DNA from: Eledone cirrhosa
Taxonomy: Eukaryota
Length of the DNA: 64,000 nucleotides
NCBI GenBank assembly: GCA_964016885.1
Contig: OZ024742.1
Span: forward strand, 103,912,001 to 103,976,000
Direction: 5' to 3'
Shown here: positions 15,936-29,325 of the stretch, piece after piece
Position numbering within the stretch: the stretch's first letter is position 1
How the letters are laid out: every line of letters starts with the position of its first letter
Program-made: the position numbers and the translations under genes
Notes under the pieces: model-generated
What the model was told of the DNA's origin: nothing
Seen by the model: the letters and a program-made list of their open reading frames with translations, nothing else
The model's database searches: none

Positions 15936-18900
15936 AAAATCTTTGCAAACAATTCAAATACATGTCTGAACCCCTCCCCTACTACCCTTCAAAATATGAA
16001 CAATGAATGGGAGAAAAAAAAAGTTAAATTTACTACACATGTCTACAAGTAGCCTCAGAATATTAAAAATATGTACAGCAATTTCAGTTGGAATATTATA
16101 TCCCTGTGAAGAAAGTGTCACACATACAATTCTGTAAATTCATTAGATTGTGACTAACTGTTGTCTGAAATGGAAGTTGTGAAACCCAAAGAATGAGTCA
16201 GAGGAAACTTGTGTGCTTAAATCATTCAGCCCTGGTGACACAGCAGCCAAATTTTATACAAACAACTCCTTGTTGTTTTAAGTTCTGGGACCACATCTTC
16301 GGAGGCCTTATGTTTAGAATGTGTTTCTTATATTTATAACAAAACTTATTAGCAGCACAGTCTCCACTTTAACTCTTTCATTACCAACCCGGTCAAAACC
16401 AACACTGGTGTTATAAAACAACACCACCTACTTTAACCTTTTAGCATTTACATTACTCTATATAAACTATTGTATTTTCATGGTAAAGGCTTTATCTCAC
16501 ATAATTATCTCACATAACATCGAATCTATGAGATTTTGATATTATTTATTTTGAGAACAATACCTTAACATCTGTATGAACGACCAGTTACAGCCAGTTG
16601 AACATAGAGAGGTAAGATAATTCTGGCCAGATATGGCTGGTTTAAATGCGAAAGGGTTCCTATTTAAATTTAAATCTTTCACAATAATAAATTTTATATG
16701 AGAACCATCTTAGTAATGGAATAATATTTAAAGTAAATCCCTTGAAATTCTTCATTAATTAATTGAAACTAGCAGAAAAACCACCTTACGGGTGGTTTTC
16801 TGCTAGCATGTGTAGTGTGTATATTGATATTATACACAAATATATATGCATGTAAATATGATACATCAAATAAAATCGTAATTGACAATATACACAGAAA
16901 TTGAACAAAGCCTATGTTACACTGTCTTCTGTAATCAGTAATCCATGATATATTAAAAAAAAGACAATATATATAAACTGCAATTAGCAACAGGAATATA
17001 TGCGATTCATTTCATTTCATTTTACATCCACTTTTCCCTGCTTGCAAGGGTGGGACGGGAACTGATTCTGGCTTGATTTCTACAGCTGGATGCCCTTCCT
17101 AACACCAACCTCATTTACAGTGAGTGCTGGGTGCTTTTTTGCCGTGGCACCTCCACGACCACTTTGCAGTGGAATTATATGGACCCCAGTGCCTATCATC
17201 TCATTTCTACAGCTGAGTAAACTGGAGCAATGTGAAATAAAGTGTCTTGCTCAAGGAAACAACAGGTTTAAGATTATAAGTGTTATAATATAATGGCCGC
17301 TAACCGGAAGTGTTGACATTTGATAATTTTAAAGAAGTGAATTTTAAAGATTAAGCTATAAAATATATTTAATCAACACCCACGAAATTTAGCACATAAA
17401 TTATGTAATATTCATTCATTATTTATTCAAAGTAATCCAACTTATTTTACAAACGGGGTAAAAAATTTATTCTGGACGCAATCCCGCAGACCTTCCTTTA
17501 TTATAGTTAAGATAATGTGTGTTTAATTAGAAATACTGTCATGAAAGGGGTATCCAGCCATTATACATACATATTTGCGTCCTGCACTCACATTATGTTT
17601 ATCTTTCAGATCACTCATGCACTCACTGTATGTAGTCCTTCAGTTTTATGTTGAAATTCACTTTGGGTGTGAGCATTCCCCTCAGTACACAAGCTGTCAA
17701 CTCTTCTCATCTACTAAAACCAACACAAGTTACAAAACAATGCCCTTTTTTCTCAAGATACAACAATTAACAAAGAGAAGAGACAGTTTAGTCACAGCAA
17801 AGAAATTATCTATATATAACAAACTATATATTTCAAGGCATTATAACAATAATAGAGAAGCTAACTCATTGTTATAGCTGAAAGCATTTTGACAGCTTAG
17901 TGATTTGAATTCAAGCTGTACCCTTAAAAATATTATAGATCCATAAAATAACAAACCATATAAAACAGACATACATTGCTGTATTTCTATTTTCTTTTTT
18001 TTTTTATTATCTTTCCATAAAATATATTATATCAAGGGCAGTGGATTGGCAGTATCGGTAGAGGGTCGGATGCCATGCTTTGACGTATAGAGTTACGGCC
18101 CTTGCCATTCTGAGTTCAGGTTAACTTTGCCTTTCATCCTTACCAGTAATGTACTGGGTAATTGCTGGCCTTGTGCCAAAAGTAGAAACAATTATATCAA
18201 GAAGGGTGGTAGATAGAGCATCGGATGAACAATTTCTAATTTAGGCACAAGGCCAATAAATGAAAAGAAAGTCAATTAAATAGTACTTAACTGGTACTAT
18301 ATTTTACCAACCTCGGAACAATAAAAAGTAAAGTTAACCTTGGTGACTTTAGATCAGAGCATATAAAAAAAAAAAAATCCTGCCCTCAGCTCAGACCTAG
18401 GGCAGTTTTTTTTTTTTTATATACATGGAAGACCAGCAGCTGCCTATACACGCATGCAAGTTCCCCTTCTCCATACCACCAATATTGTCCAAGAACTGTT
18501 ACAACTTGGCATTAGTGTCATCACAAGTTGCTGTCAGAATAGAAAACACCAGAACAGATACTGCAAAGCACCTCATCCTACATGCTAACAATTCAACCAA
18601 TCCACTGCCTGAGACTGGTCCTTAAAGTACTAAGAACCATCACCACCAAAAATAAAAGATGAAAAGCAAAGCTGACCAAGGCAGGATTTGAACACAAAGC
18701 ACAGAAACTCACAATAAACACTGCAAGACATTCTACCAGACACTAACAAATCTGCTAATTCACAATGTTATAGCCTGGATACACACAAAACATTCTCCAA
18801 CTAGCTATGTGCTGACAGAATCAATAAAAATGAATGAATGAATTACCATTACTAATTTGATGATTACAAGCTCAAAATTTAAAAAGTGAAAAAGTGATGC

Positions 18901-20229
18901 ACAATAACATGTCACAAGGAGAAAATTGGTTGGTTCTACAAATTCAAATATTTACATAAACTGTCAAGATTAATTACTCATAAAGGCTGGATACCCTTCC
19001 TAATGCTAACCAGTGAACATGAACAAGCAGGTTTTCTCATTCTTTTGCTCAGTACCGTAACCCTTTTGATACCAAACTCTCTGAAACTGTTCCTTGTTCT
19101 ATGATGCAAAGCTGTTTGCTTTAAAGTGTTCATCTAAAAACCTTCCCCATAATTTTATGTAAGAAGCTTTACTAAGTTTGAATGAACTGAGAGAATAACT
19201 GGGTATAAGAGGAATCAGATGAGTGCAAGAGAGAAAACTGCACTTGTATGGGCATGTGATGTGTATGGCTGATAATCATTAGATTAAGAAGTACCAAGAA
19301 ATCCCAATGAAAAGTAGCTGCAATAAAGGAAAACCAAGGAAGAACTGAGAAAGGTGATGAGAGCTGAACTCAAATTCACAGAGGAGATGATGAAGAAACA
19401 CAATGAACGGATGGATGCTGTTTGAGAAAAGACCTACCCAACCCATACAAGCATGGAAGAGTTAACATCAAATGATGATGACTTCCAAATTATTTGTTAT
19501 TTTCTAAATGACCTGAAAATTATAGGCAGTGTATTTTATCAGACATATAGTAACAAAACTATTAAGGATATAACTAGACGCTTGAAGAATGATTTGATTT
19601 CATGACCTTTGAATTGGGAGGCCAGCATGTTAACAAAGCAATGTTCACCAATCAAATACATATTACACAATAACCGCAACAAATAATAAGTAAATCCTGT
19701 TAAAACACCAAGTTATAGCCTAGAGTAAAGAAATGGGAAGTAAACATATTTGAATTTTGCTGAATCAGTTGACTGAAGGGTAGTTATATAATGTGAAGTT
19801 TCCACAACTAGAAATTGACCGTATAAAATTAGTGGAGATAAATGCTAACATGGAGATTAACTATATAATCTTATTTAGATTAATCATCAAAGATGCTAAT
19901 CTTGAACTAGAGATCTAGTAGTCTTGTTCAATCTTTTAACAGTATATCAGGATGTTATCACACAAATAAACTACATTACAACATAGTTCACAATTAATAA
20001 GATTGCAATTTCATCAAGCAACAGGGATTGAACTGGAATCCAACACCTTTCCAAGTAGCTAAGTTACAAATAGTATCTCAAAATATCATCTAGACAGTAA
20101 CATTTTTATATCAGTAAGATCAACCTATGTAATGGTATATTAGTACACCTATTTACATAGGTGAACCTGTACATATGTATGTACAACAAAGAACTGAATG
20201 GACATCCATCAGTTTCAACAATGAGTGTT

Positions 20230-20545
20230 CCAGTTGTTCAATCTACAGAACAAACTTGCTCATGTAAGTGGCTGAGCATTCCACAAACACATGTACCCGT
20301 AACATAATTACCAGGGAAATTCAACTTAACAGTGTGTGTGACATGACTGGCTCTTTGAATTACAAGTACAGTCCATTTGACAGGCTTTGAAACAGTTTCC
20401 ATCTCCCCAATTTCATTCAAAAAGTATGTGTCGACATGAGGCTATGGTAAATGACACTTGCCTAAGATACCTCACAATCAGGTTAAACTTGGGGGCCTAA
20501 TAATTGTGAGGTGAACTTCTTAACCATTTGGCTATGCTGCACACA
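20230..20545 (-). mobile_element. Older tRNA-derived SINE
   Basis: Minus strand gcatagcc..atggttaagaagttcac head and ttaggcaagtgtc CORE-like segment. Confidence 0.55.
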
Positions 20546-20948
20546 CACACAACACAGATACACAAGTACAAGCATATAGCTTGGAGCTAAGAAGGAATTA
20601 TAGTCTTTAAAAATATTCATAATTCACATGGGCAGTTTAGACACTGGAAATGATACAATTCCTATAATAGCAAGTTAAAAACTCTTCACATTCTCACTGC
20701 ACCATCCCACATTTTGATTCCAAGGGAGAAGAAAAAAAGAACAAGCTTGCCTATTTTGCATATATTATATTACATGATGATAATGATGATATGACAAATC
20801 AATTGGAAATTTAGTCTCAGTAATATTTTCTTATTGAGCTATGAAGACTTAGAACAGTATTTTTTGGTGTATGAGAGACATTTTTTACCACAAATTCTGT
20901 CAAAACCTACCTGCATATATGGCTGACTGAACCACACAACCTTTTTAA

Positions 20949-21607
20949 CCCTTTAGCATATAAACCAGCCATATCTGGCCAGAATTCTGTCACCTCTTTC
21001 TGTTCAAACCAGCTGTAACTAGCCACTCATACTGATGTTAAGCTATTGTTCTCAAAATAAATAATATCAAAATCTCATAGATTCGATGTTATGCGAGATA
21101 ATTATATGAGATAAAGCCTTTACCATGAAAATACAATAGTATATATAGAGAAATGTAAATGCTATGCGAAATAATTATGTGAGATAAAGCCTTTACCATG
21201 AAAATACAATAGTATATATAGAGAGATGTAAATGCTATGCGAGATAATTATATGAGATAAAGCCTTTACCATGAAAATACAATAGTATATATAGAGAAAT
21301 GTAAATGTTATGCGAGATAATTATATGAGATAAAGCCTTTACCATGAAAATACAATAGTATATATAGAGAAATGTAAATGTTATGCGAGATAATTATATG
21401 AGATAAAGCCTTTACCATGAAAATACAATAGTATATATAGAGAAATGTAAATGCTATGCGAGATAATTATATGAGATAAAGCCTTTACCATGAAAATACA
21501 ATAGTATATATAGAGAAATGTAAATGTTATGCGAGATAATTATATGAGATAAAGCCTTTACCATGAAAATACAATAGTATATATAGAGAAATGTAAATGC
21601 TAAAGGG
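20949..21607. mobile_element. TTAA-flanked (piggyBac-like) MITE containing a 73-bp x7 tandem array
   Basis: TTAA|CCCTTTAGCAT ... ATGCTAAAGGG|TTAA. Unit starts 21095, 21168, 21241, 21314, 21387, 21460, 21533. Single-unit relatives at ~14934-15149 and ~16434-16660. Confidence 0.85.
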
Positions 21608-21795
21608 TTAAAAAAAAATTTCTCTTCCTTCCTCTTTTCACTATTTCAACTTTTATTTCTCATTCTATCTTCCGATGAAAGACTAGTATCGAAAATCTAA
21701 AGACTCTTTTCCTACTATATCAAGCATTAAACTAATATATTTCTTCATTGTAGTGTGTTGTCTGCTTTGTTGTTTTTGTTTACTTTTTGAATATA

Positions 21796-22519
21796 CAGGG
21801 TGTCCCAAAAAATTTGACATCATTTCGCAGGCCAATAATTTTGGCAATTCTTGTTGAAATAACCTCAAATTTTCACACATTGTATAGAAACAGATCAAGA
21901 TTTTATATTTCATGTTTTATATATTTCTTTTTCCAGGTGGAGAAATGCTGTTCACTTCCAAAGAAAAGTCATTTTGCATCTTGGAATATGCTCGAACACA
22001 GTCACCCAAGACTGTGCAGTGTGCCTTCAATGCAAAATTTGGAAAAAGGTCACCAATTGGCAAACAAATTTGGACCTGGTACCAAAAATTTAAAGAGGAA
22101 GGCTGCTTATGCAGGGCTAAAGGATCTGGAAGACCATCAACAACATGAGAAGAGAAGGTCGAGCAAGTTCGTGAAAAACTCTTGCGAAGCCCCAAGAAGT
22201 CCGTAAGGAGAACATGTTTGGAAACCCAGATTCCTCGAATGACGGTTTGGCGTAAACTGAGGATACTGTTTGCCAGTTGGTGACTTTTTTCCAAATTTTG
22301 CATTGAAAGCACACTGCACAGTCTTGGGTGACTGTGTTCGAGCATATTCCAAGATGCAAAATGACTTTTCTTTGGAAGTGAACAGCATTTCTCCACCTGG
22401 AAAAAGAAATATATAAAACATTAAATATAAAATCTTGATCTGTTTCTATACATTGTGAAAATTTGAGGTTATTCCAAAATTATTGGCCTGCGAAATGTCA
22501 AATTTTTTGGGACACCCTG
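21796..22519. mobile_element. Tc1/mariner-derived fold-back element with transposase 5' end in both arms
   Basis: TA-flanked TIR cagggtgtcccaaaaaatttgacat. Arms 21796-22066 / 22267-22519. Both strands encode MLFTSKEKSFCILEYARTQS...(DUF4817-like HTH, GSGRP motif on +). Confidence 0.9.
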
Positions 22520-24619
22520 TATATGTTCTGGCGCTCTGCTCATTATCACTATTTAACATTTATTTACCATGCTTGCATGGGTTAGACAGGTTTTGTTATG
22601 AATATAGCCCAGTCAGGTGACAGCACCTTGCTCATACAGATCTGTTTTGGGTTTGGTTTTCTACAGCTGGATGCCCTTCCTAACCCCAACTACATTCCAG
22701 CATGTACTGGGAGCTTTGAGTGGCACCACCGCTCCCACTGTACAGGATGAACTGGTTGCTTTTCATAACATCAGGTGGTCTGGGTGTTTTGGGGGGGATT
22801 TTTGCACCCACATGCCCACCAAATAGGATGGACTAAATGCTTTTTGCTGTGGCACCCACACTGTGTGAAAAGTCAACAAGGAAAAACAACATGAGAATGA
22901 TACAATACAATGATGATGATGATAGTTTAAATCTTGATACAGTAAGAAAAGAGTTTTAACATTTCAGACATTAGTCTCACAGAGAAAGAATGAGAGATAG
23001 AAGAAGAATTAGATAGATGAGAAGTGGAAGAAATGGAAAATTTTGATATGGAAGGAAAGCATCCGCTTTCCCTAACAATTATATTTGTATGCAGGCAGAT
23101 TTTGATGTCAAATTTCAGATAAAAAGTGTCTTATACTAGGTATCACAGTAGAACTCTAAGAAAAAATGTATTTTGACATGAAAATGATCAAGCAAAATGT
23201 GCATCATGTCCCTTCCACAGAGCTCTACAGGGATACCTATTAAATATATTGTAAAGCTCCAAATTTACAGAGAATATTCAGTTTTATATCCTGTACCAGT
23301 GTATCAAAACTGAGCCTTTACAGATAATGGATTGCAATATAGCCAAGTGTTAAAATGCATGAACAGCTTGTGACACTCTTCAATCACTATAAATTAATTA
23401 TTTATAGCTATTTTTAATAATGCATTAAAATTCTATTGAAATGGTATCATGTCCCCAAATCTCACTATTTAGTTCTATACCTACTACAAATGTGCCAAGA
23501 ACCTGAAAAAAAAAAAAGGCAACTACTGTCCCACGGACCCTTGCGTAATTTGAAGATGATTATAGCTTTGGTCTCAAAAATATATCATTACAAATATTGG
23601 TAATTATTCATTTGGGTCTAATTAGGCAAGATTTCGTCCAATTTGCTGACCATTCAAATTGTCGTATTTCCTAAAATATTCATCCAAATTTTACAAATGA
23701 GGTATCAAAATGTTTCTTTTTGGATGCTCTCCAAGAAAAGGTACAATGGAAATTAGATTTAAATATTTTCAAAAATTCATAGTGATACCTACTTAAACAC
23801 ATAAAAATATGATGTGAAAAAAAATGGAATGTCATGACATTCAAACCTTTTCCATGAACATTAGTGAAATAGCTTTAAATGACAATTGAAACCAGGTCAC
23901 AGACAGGATTCAGCAAGAACATACCACACTGCCTAACATACTTAGAGCTTCCTCACAAAAACTACTCACTTACCAATGAAGAAAGTGTGCAGTTTATAGT
24001 GATTCTGACAGGAAAGATTACCAAGTTGAGAAGGTAGTAATTAAATAATTTATAAAAGGAAAAAAAAAGTAGCTAATGTTTCCCATTAGTTTTTCCATTA
24101 CTGATCGATCCTATCTCCTGGTTGCAACTTCTAGCAGAAGGAGTGATATGAAGTAAAGTATTTTGCTCAAGAACACAACATGCCACCTGGTCCAGGAATT
24201 GAACCTATGACTTTATGATATTCAGTCCAACACTAACCACTATGCAACATATCTAATAAGCAACTTATAGAATTTTGGTTTAAATTCATTGCGTTTCATT
24301 TGGGCAACACAATTGCATAATTTCCCTGCCAACATCAAGCACCAGATAATCCAGAATGTTTACCTACCTATAGGTATCAGATTATTTAAAAAAAAGGTTA
24401 CCAACAAATAGAAACCAAAGATAGATAAGCTGATGCCTTTATGAGTTCTTTAATAATTTTGGAAATATGACAAGTTCAAAGAGCAAAACATTTAGTTACC
24501 TTCCAAAATTAACCCATTAGATATAGTCAAGTTTTACCTATACTAATTTATTAGTTGTTCTAGAGATCTACAATTGATATTAGTCTTTAGGTTCTTCACA
24601 CATCCACAGATGAAAAACC

Positions 24620-24853
24620 TTAGACACATTATCAGAGTTGTATCGTGAAGTTACTGGGTTTTTCAAGTCTTACAATATACACCCTCATCCAAATGAGGTT
24701 GATCAAGCCTCAGTCTGTGTCTAAGTGGCATACATATTTCTGACCCCACTCTTTAGTGATAACCATCTCTGCTGCTTCCACATTATTTTTAATGGCTCTC
24801 CTCCTGCATTCTTCCATAATACCCAGAGTTCTGTAGGCTTTGCTAAGGGAGTA
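24620..24853 (-). mobile_element. Hero-like (RLE-encoding) non-LTR retrotransposon 3' end
   Basis: SLSKAYRTLGIMEECRRRAIKNNVEAAE..RWLSLK resembles the Hero C-terminus as I recall it (SL..A..LLGI....RRAIK...EAAE.ASRWLW.KR). Confidence 0.65.
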
Positions 24854-25462
24854 AAAAGAAAGTCTACAAAATTCTGGACATTAGTCTTTAGAATGTCAGA
24901 TGATCATTCAAAGGCTCTGTTGGTGACTTGTGTTTGGTTACTGACACTATCATTGACAGTCAACTTGGCTGTAAATATATCTCTTAGAAAGCATAACTAA
25001 TTGCAGAACGCCATAGGAATGCTAAATATTTAACTAAAATCATGTTACCTCAAGTTCTTGTGAGTAAAACCACCAATAGATTAGCTTTCATATTCAGAGC
25101 AATAGATTATCTCTGAAGAACTTAACTCTATGAGAACCAAAATAAATTCCCAAACACCCTACGTAATAAACAGCACAATAGATCTGCTCAATGAAGGCTG
25201 ATCTGAAACTAACACTTTTGAGACTGTATTTCTAATGAAATATATTTTAGTTCAATTAATTAATGCAGAAATTTTGAGAGATTTACTAAAATGATTAATT
25301 ACTTCATTACTATGATAGAAATTTCACAAAAGTGTTAACAAAATGAAATATAAATATATACTTCCTAAATCTGAAAGAACACATTACTTGGTTATAGTTT
25401 CATAGAACAACAATGACTATGTCATGATATATATATATATATTCAGTTTTGTCATTTCCTTG

Positions 25463-25514
<52 letters not shown>

Positions 25515-25591
25515 CGCGAATTTAGACGGGAACAAAACAGAGAGGCAGACAAAGGTTTATTAGGTTCACGCTCTTGAGAGTGGGGCAGGGG

Positions 25592-25626
25592 AACGACGTT
25601 TCGGGCATAAGCCCTTCTTCAGGATA
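25592..25626 (-). ncRNA. Minimal hammerhead ribozyme (PLE pLTR type)
   Basis: Minus strand reads ATC-CTGAAGA-A-GGGC-TTAT-GCCC-GAAACGTC-GTT, followed by AATAAA. Sits in a short insert between (TA)n and (TG)n. Confidence 0.75.
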
Positions 25627-25668
25627 ATTAGGTTAGGAAGAGAATTCCGAGGGTGTGTGGAAATACAT

Positions 25669-25790
<122 letters not shown>

Positions 25791-27086
25791 CCCCCCCTCC
25801 CCATATATATGTGTGTGTGTGTATGTATATATATGTCCCCCACCCCTCACTCTCAAGCATGAAACTAAAAACCATATCATTTGTACTGCTTCTCTGTTTT
25901 TTCTTCTCTGTTCATTTATTCAACTATATATATATATATATATATATATTTAACTATATATATATTTAACTATATATATAGGCTACAAGGATGTTTATTT
26001 ACATGAACATTTCGTATATGGTATATATACATCAATATACAACCCCACTCAAATCTCAATCACACTATGTATCATAGCGAAGATACAAGGGTGCTTATTT
26101 ACATGAACATTTCTTATATGATTCAATATACAACCCCAGTCCCAGTATATATATAGGTTCAGCAGTTTATATATATAGGTCCAGAGGCGGCAAACTGGCA
26201 GAGTCCTTAGCATGTCTAATAGAATGATTTGCAGCATTGATTCCGACTCTCTGCTCTCTGGGGTCAACTTTGCCTTTCATCAATTTAAGGTTGACAAAAA
26301 AGTACCAGTCTAGTACTGGGGTCAATTCTTCCTCTATATCTCTTTCTCACTTCCATTCTCTCATTCTCTGGAAGAAATCTGCTGTACTCAAACCTAGAGA
26401 GATGGGCTCTGCCTGATTTTAAAAATGCCCTAGAGATGCTGTACATGAATATGGCACTGCTACAACTCCCAAGGGAGTAACAGGTCCATACTTACATAGT
26501 TATCTGCAGATATTATAAAACCATCTTTATTACTAATACACTTATGCCAACCATATATCTACTAGTATCGCACCAACTAGCATCAACTCCACCACTATTA
26601 CCACAACTACAATCATAACACCATTTCCCTAAATATAAAACCTCCTAAGTGTAATATAAAAAAAAACTAAAATAAAAAAGGAAGAAACTACACAACCATT
26701 CATATGTGTGGTGGTTTTAATGCAATGATCTGATGGATACAAAGAACAAATACATAGACTATTTCAGAAAGGAAATTCTTAGCATTTTCGTAATGTTACT
26801 TTTATTAAAACTTCCTCAACACCTACACTGCTATGTTATTAGTGGCTTCTGAGAGAACATTTCTCACAGACCGGCTTCAAAATATCACATTAATGTCACA
26901 TCCCCCCCCCACACACACACACACACTCAGCATGGGAAATGGAGAGAAAAATTTTCCATGGTGGCATAGGTTGGACAGGAATTTAGGAGGTAATGCTTTA
27001 CAGCTGGATGCGCTTCCTGACACCAAATCCTTTAGTCCCTTCTCACTACATGCAGGTACCTACTTTAAACGAGATACACATGTATG

Positions 27087-27145
<59 letters not shown>

Positions 27146-27639
27146 GTAGGCAACACGGTAAAAACCTCCCAGCCCCACACTGTAAATGTGGTTGGTGTTA
27201 GGAAGGGCATCCAGCTGTAGAAAACCCACCAGATAGTCCTATGCGAGCAAGATAATCACTCTTGCCTCAAGTGGGAAAACCCCCGTCCAAACCCATGCAA
27301 GCGTGGAACACGGACGTTAAACATTGATGATGATGATGTGTGTACATACAAATACTCATATATCCATACATATTTTTCTCATTTAAAAAAAAAAAATTAC
27401 GAAGGGCTTTCAGTGTTCCATGACCAGAGGAACTTGGCAAATATGGAAACTGGACACAGTCAGCACACTTATTTCCTCTATTTCAAAACTTTTTCACACC
27501 AAAGAGGAAAAAGTGAAGCTGTCATGCAGAGAACCAAAATGGTGTGTGAGAGAGAGAGAGAGAGTGTGTGTGCGTGTGCGTGAAATTGGAGTATAAATAC
27601 AAACAAATAACAACACTGATATAAAACCTTTTCCAATCT

Positions 27640-28315
27640 CAAGAAGGACTCATAACAGTGGTTGATAGCTTCTGCTACCTAGGTGTTCTAATTAGCAGTA
27701 GAGGAGTGTGTTCTGTGAGCCCAGTAGCTCAAATAAGGACAGGATGGAAGACATTGGGGGAGCTACTGCCTCTTGACAACAAAAGGTTTTTCCCTCCAAG
27801 CGAAAGGCCAGCTGTATGATGCCTGTGTGTGATGCTACTTGATACTGAGACATGGGCAGTGAATGCAAAAGATATGCAAAGGCTGGAAATAAATGAAGTG
27901 AGACTGTTTTGATGGATGTGCAATGATAATGTGCCTGAACAACAAAGATGGATGAACAGAGAAAAACTGGGAATAAAAGGAATTAGATGTAATATGTAAA
28001 ACAGAAGACTGTGCTGGTATGGACATGTGATGTGCATGGATGATGATCGGTGGGTGAAGAAGTATTTAGAAATTGAGTAGAAGGAAGCCGCAGTAGAGGA
28101 AGCCGCAGTAGAGGAAGCCGCAGTAGAGGAATCCGCAATAGAGGAATCCGCAATAGAGGAAGACCAAGAAAGTCCTGGGCAGAAGTGGTGAGAGCTGACC
28201 ACAAATTGCTGAAACTGACAGAGGAGATGACAACGGAATGCGACAACTGGAGGGATACTGTGCTGCAAAAGAGCTGTCCAATGTGTATAAGCATGGAAAA
28301 ACAGACATAAAATGA
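27640..28315 (+). mobile_element. Decayed RTE 3' end with internal 15-bp tandem repeat (28081-28160)
   Basis: SFCYLG, RLCWYGHV and GRPRK remnants; (gaggaagccgcagta) x5. Confidence 0.8.
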
Positions 28316-28609
28316 TAATTGTTTCTACGTTAGGCACAAGGCCAGCAATTACCCAGTGCATTACTGGTACTTTATTTTATCGACCCCGTAAGGATGAAAG
28401 GCAAAGTTAACCTCGGCGGAACATAAAATGATAATGATATATATATATATATATGTCATCATTATCACCATTTAACGTCCATTTTTCCACGCTAGCATGG
28501 GTTAGACAAGTTGCTCTATTGTGAAACAAGCCAGTTCTGATGACCATGTCCTTCTCATACAGAACTGGTTTTGGCTTGGTTTCTATGACTGCATGTGCTT
28601 CCTAACACC

Positions 28610-29325
28610 AACCACATTTACAGTGTGGGCTGGGTGCTTTTTGTTGACACTTATACGACCACTTTACAGTGTGGGCTGGGCACTTTTTATCATGACACCT
28701 ACACGACCACTTTACAGTGTGGGCTGGGTACTTTTTGTTGTCACCTACATGACCACTTTACAGTGTGGGCTGGGTGTTTTTAGTTGTGTCACCTACATGA
28801 CCACTTTACAGTGTGGGCTGGGTATTTTTAGTTGTGTCACCTACATGACCACTTTACAGTGTGGGCTGGGTGTTTTTTGTTGTGTCACCTACATGACCAC
28901 TTTACAGTGTGGGCTGGGTATTTTTAGTTGTGTCACCTACATGACCACTTTACAGTGTGGGCTGGGTGTTTTTTGTTGTGTCACCTACATGACCACTTTA
29001 CAGTGTGGGCTGGGTATTTTTAGTTGTGTCACCTACATGACCACTTTACAGTGTGGGCTGGGTGTTTTTTGTTGTGTCACCTACATGACCACTTTACAGT
29101 GTGGGCTGGGTGTTTTTTGTTGTGTCACCTACATGACCACTTTACAGTGTGGGCTGGGTATTTTTAGTTGTGTCACCTACATGACCACTTTACAGTGTGG
29201 GCTGGGTGTTTTTTGTTGTGTCACCTACATGACCACTTTACAGTGTGGGCTGGGTGTTTTTTGTTGTGTCACCTACATGACCACTTTACAGTGTGGGCTG
29301 GCCACTTTTTGTCATGTCACCATGG
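28610..29325. repeat. 48-bp minisatellite (~14 units) expanded inside an RTE-tail element
   Basis: Unit acctacatgaccactttacagtgtgggctgggt(g/a)ttttt(t/a)gttgtgtc. Host tail element spans 28455-29330. Confidence 0.95.

Noticed and set aside
21090-21600. CRISPR-like appearance of regular repeats (also 28610-29325)
   Set aside because: No unique spacers, no cas genes, eukaryotic context; these are simple tandem arrays.
23135-23797. Possible DNA transposon with taggtatcac termini (related piece at ~8430)
   Set aside because: Termini are short and diverged; superfamily and boundaries cannot be supported by eye.
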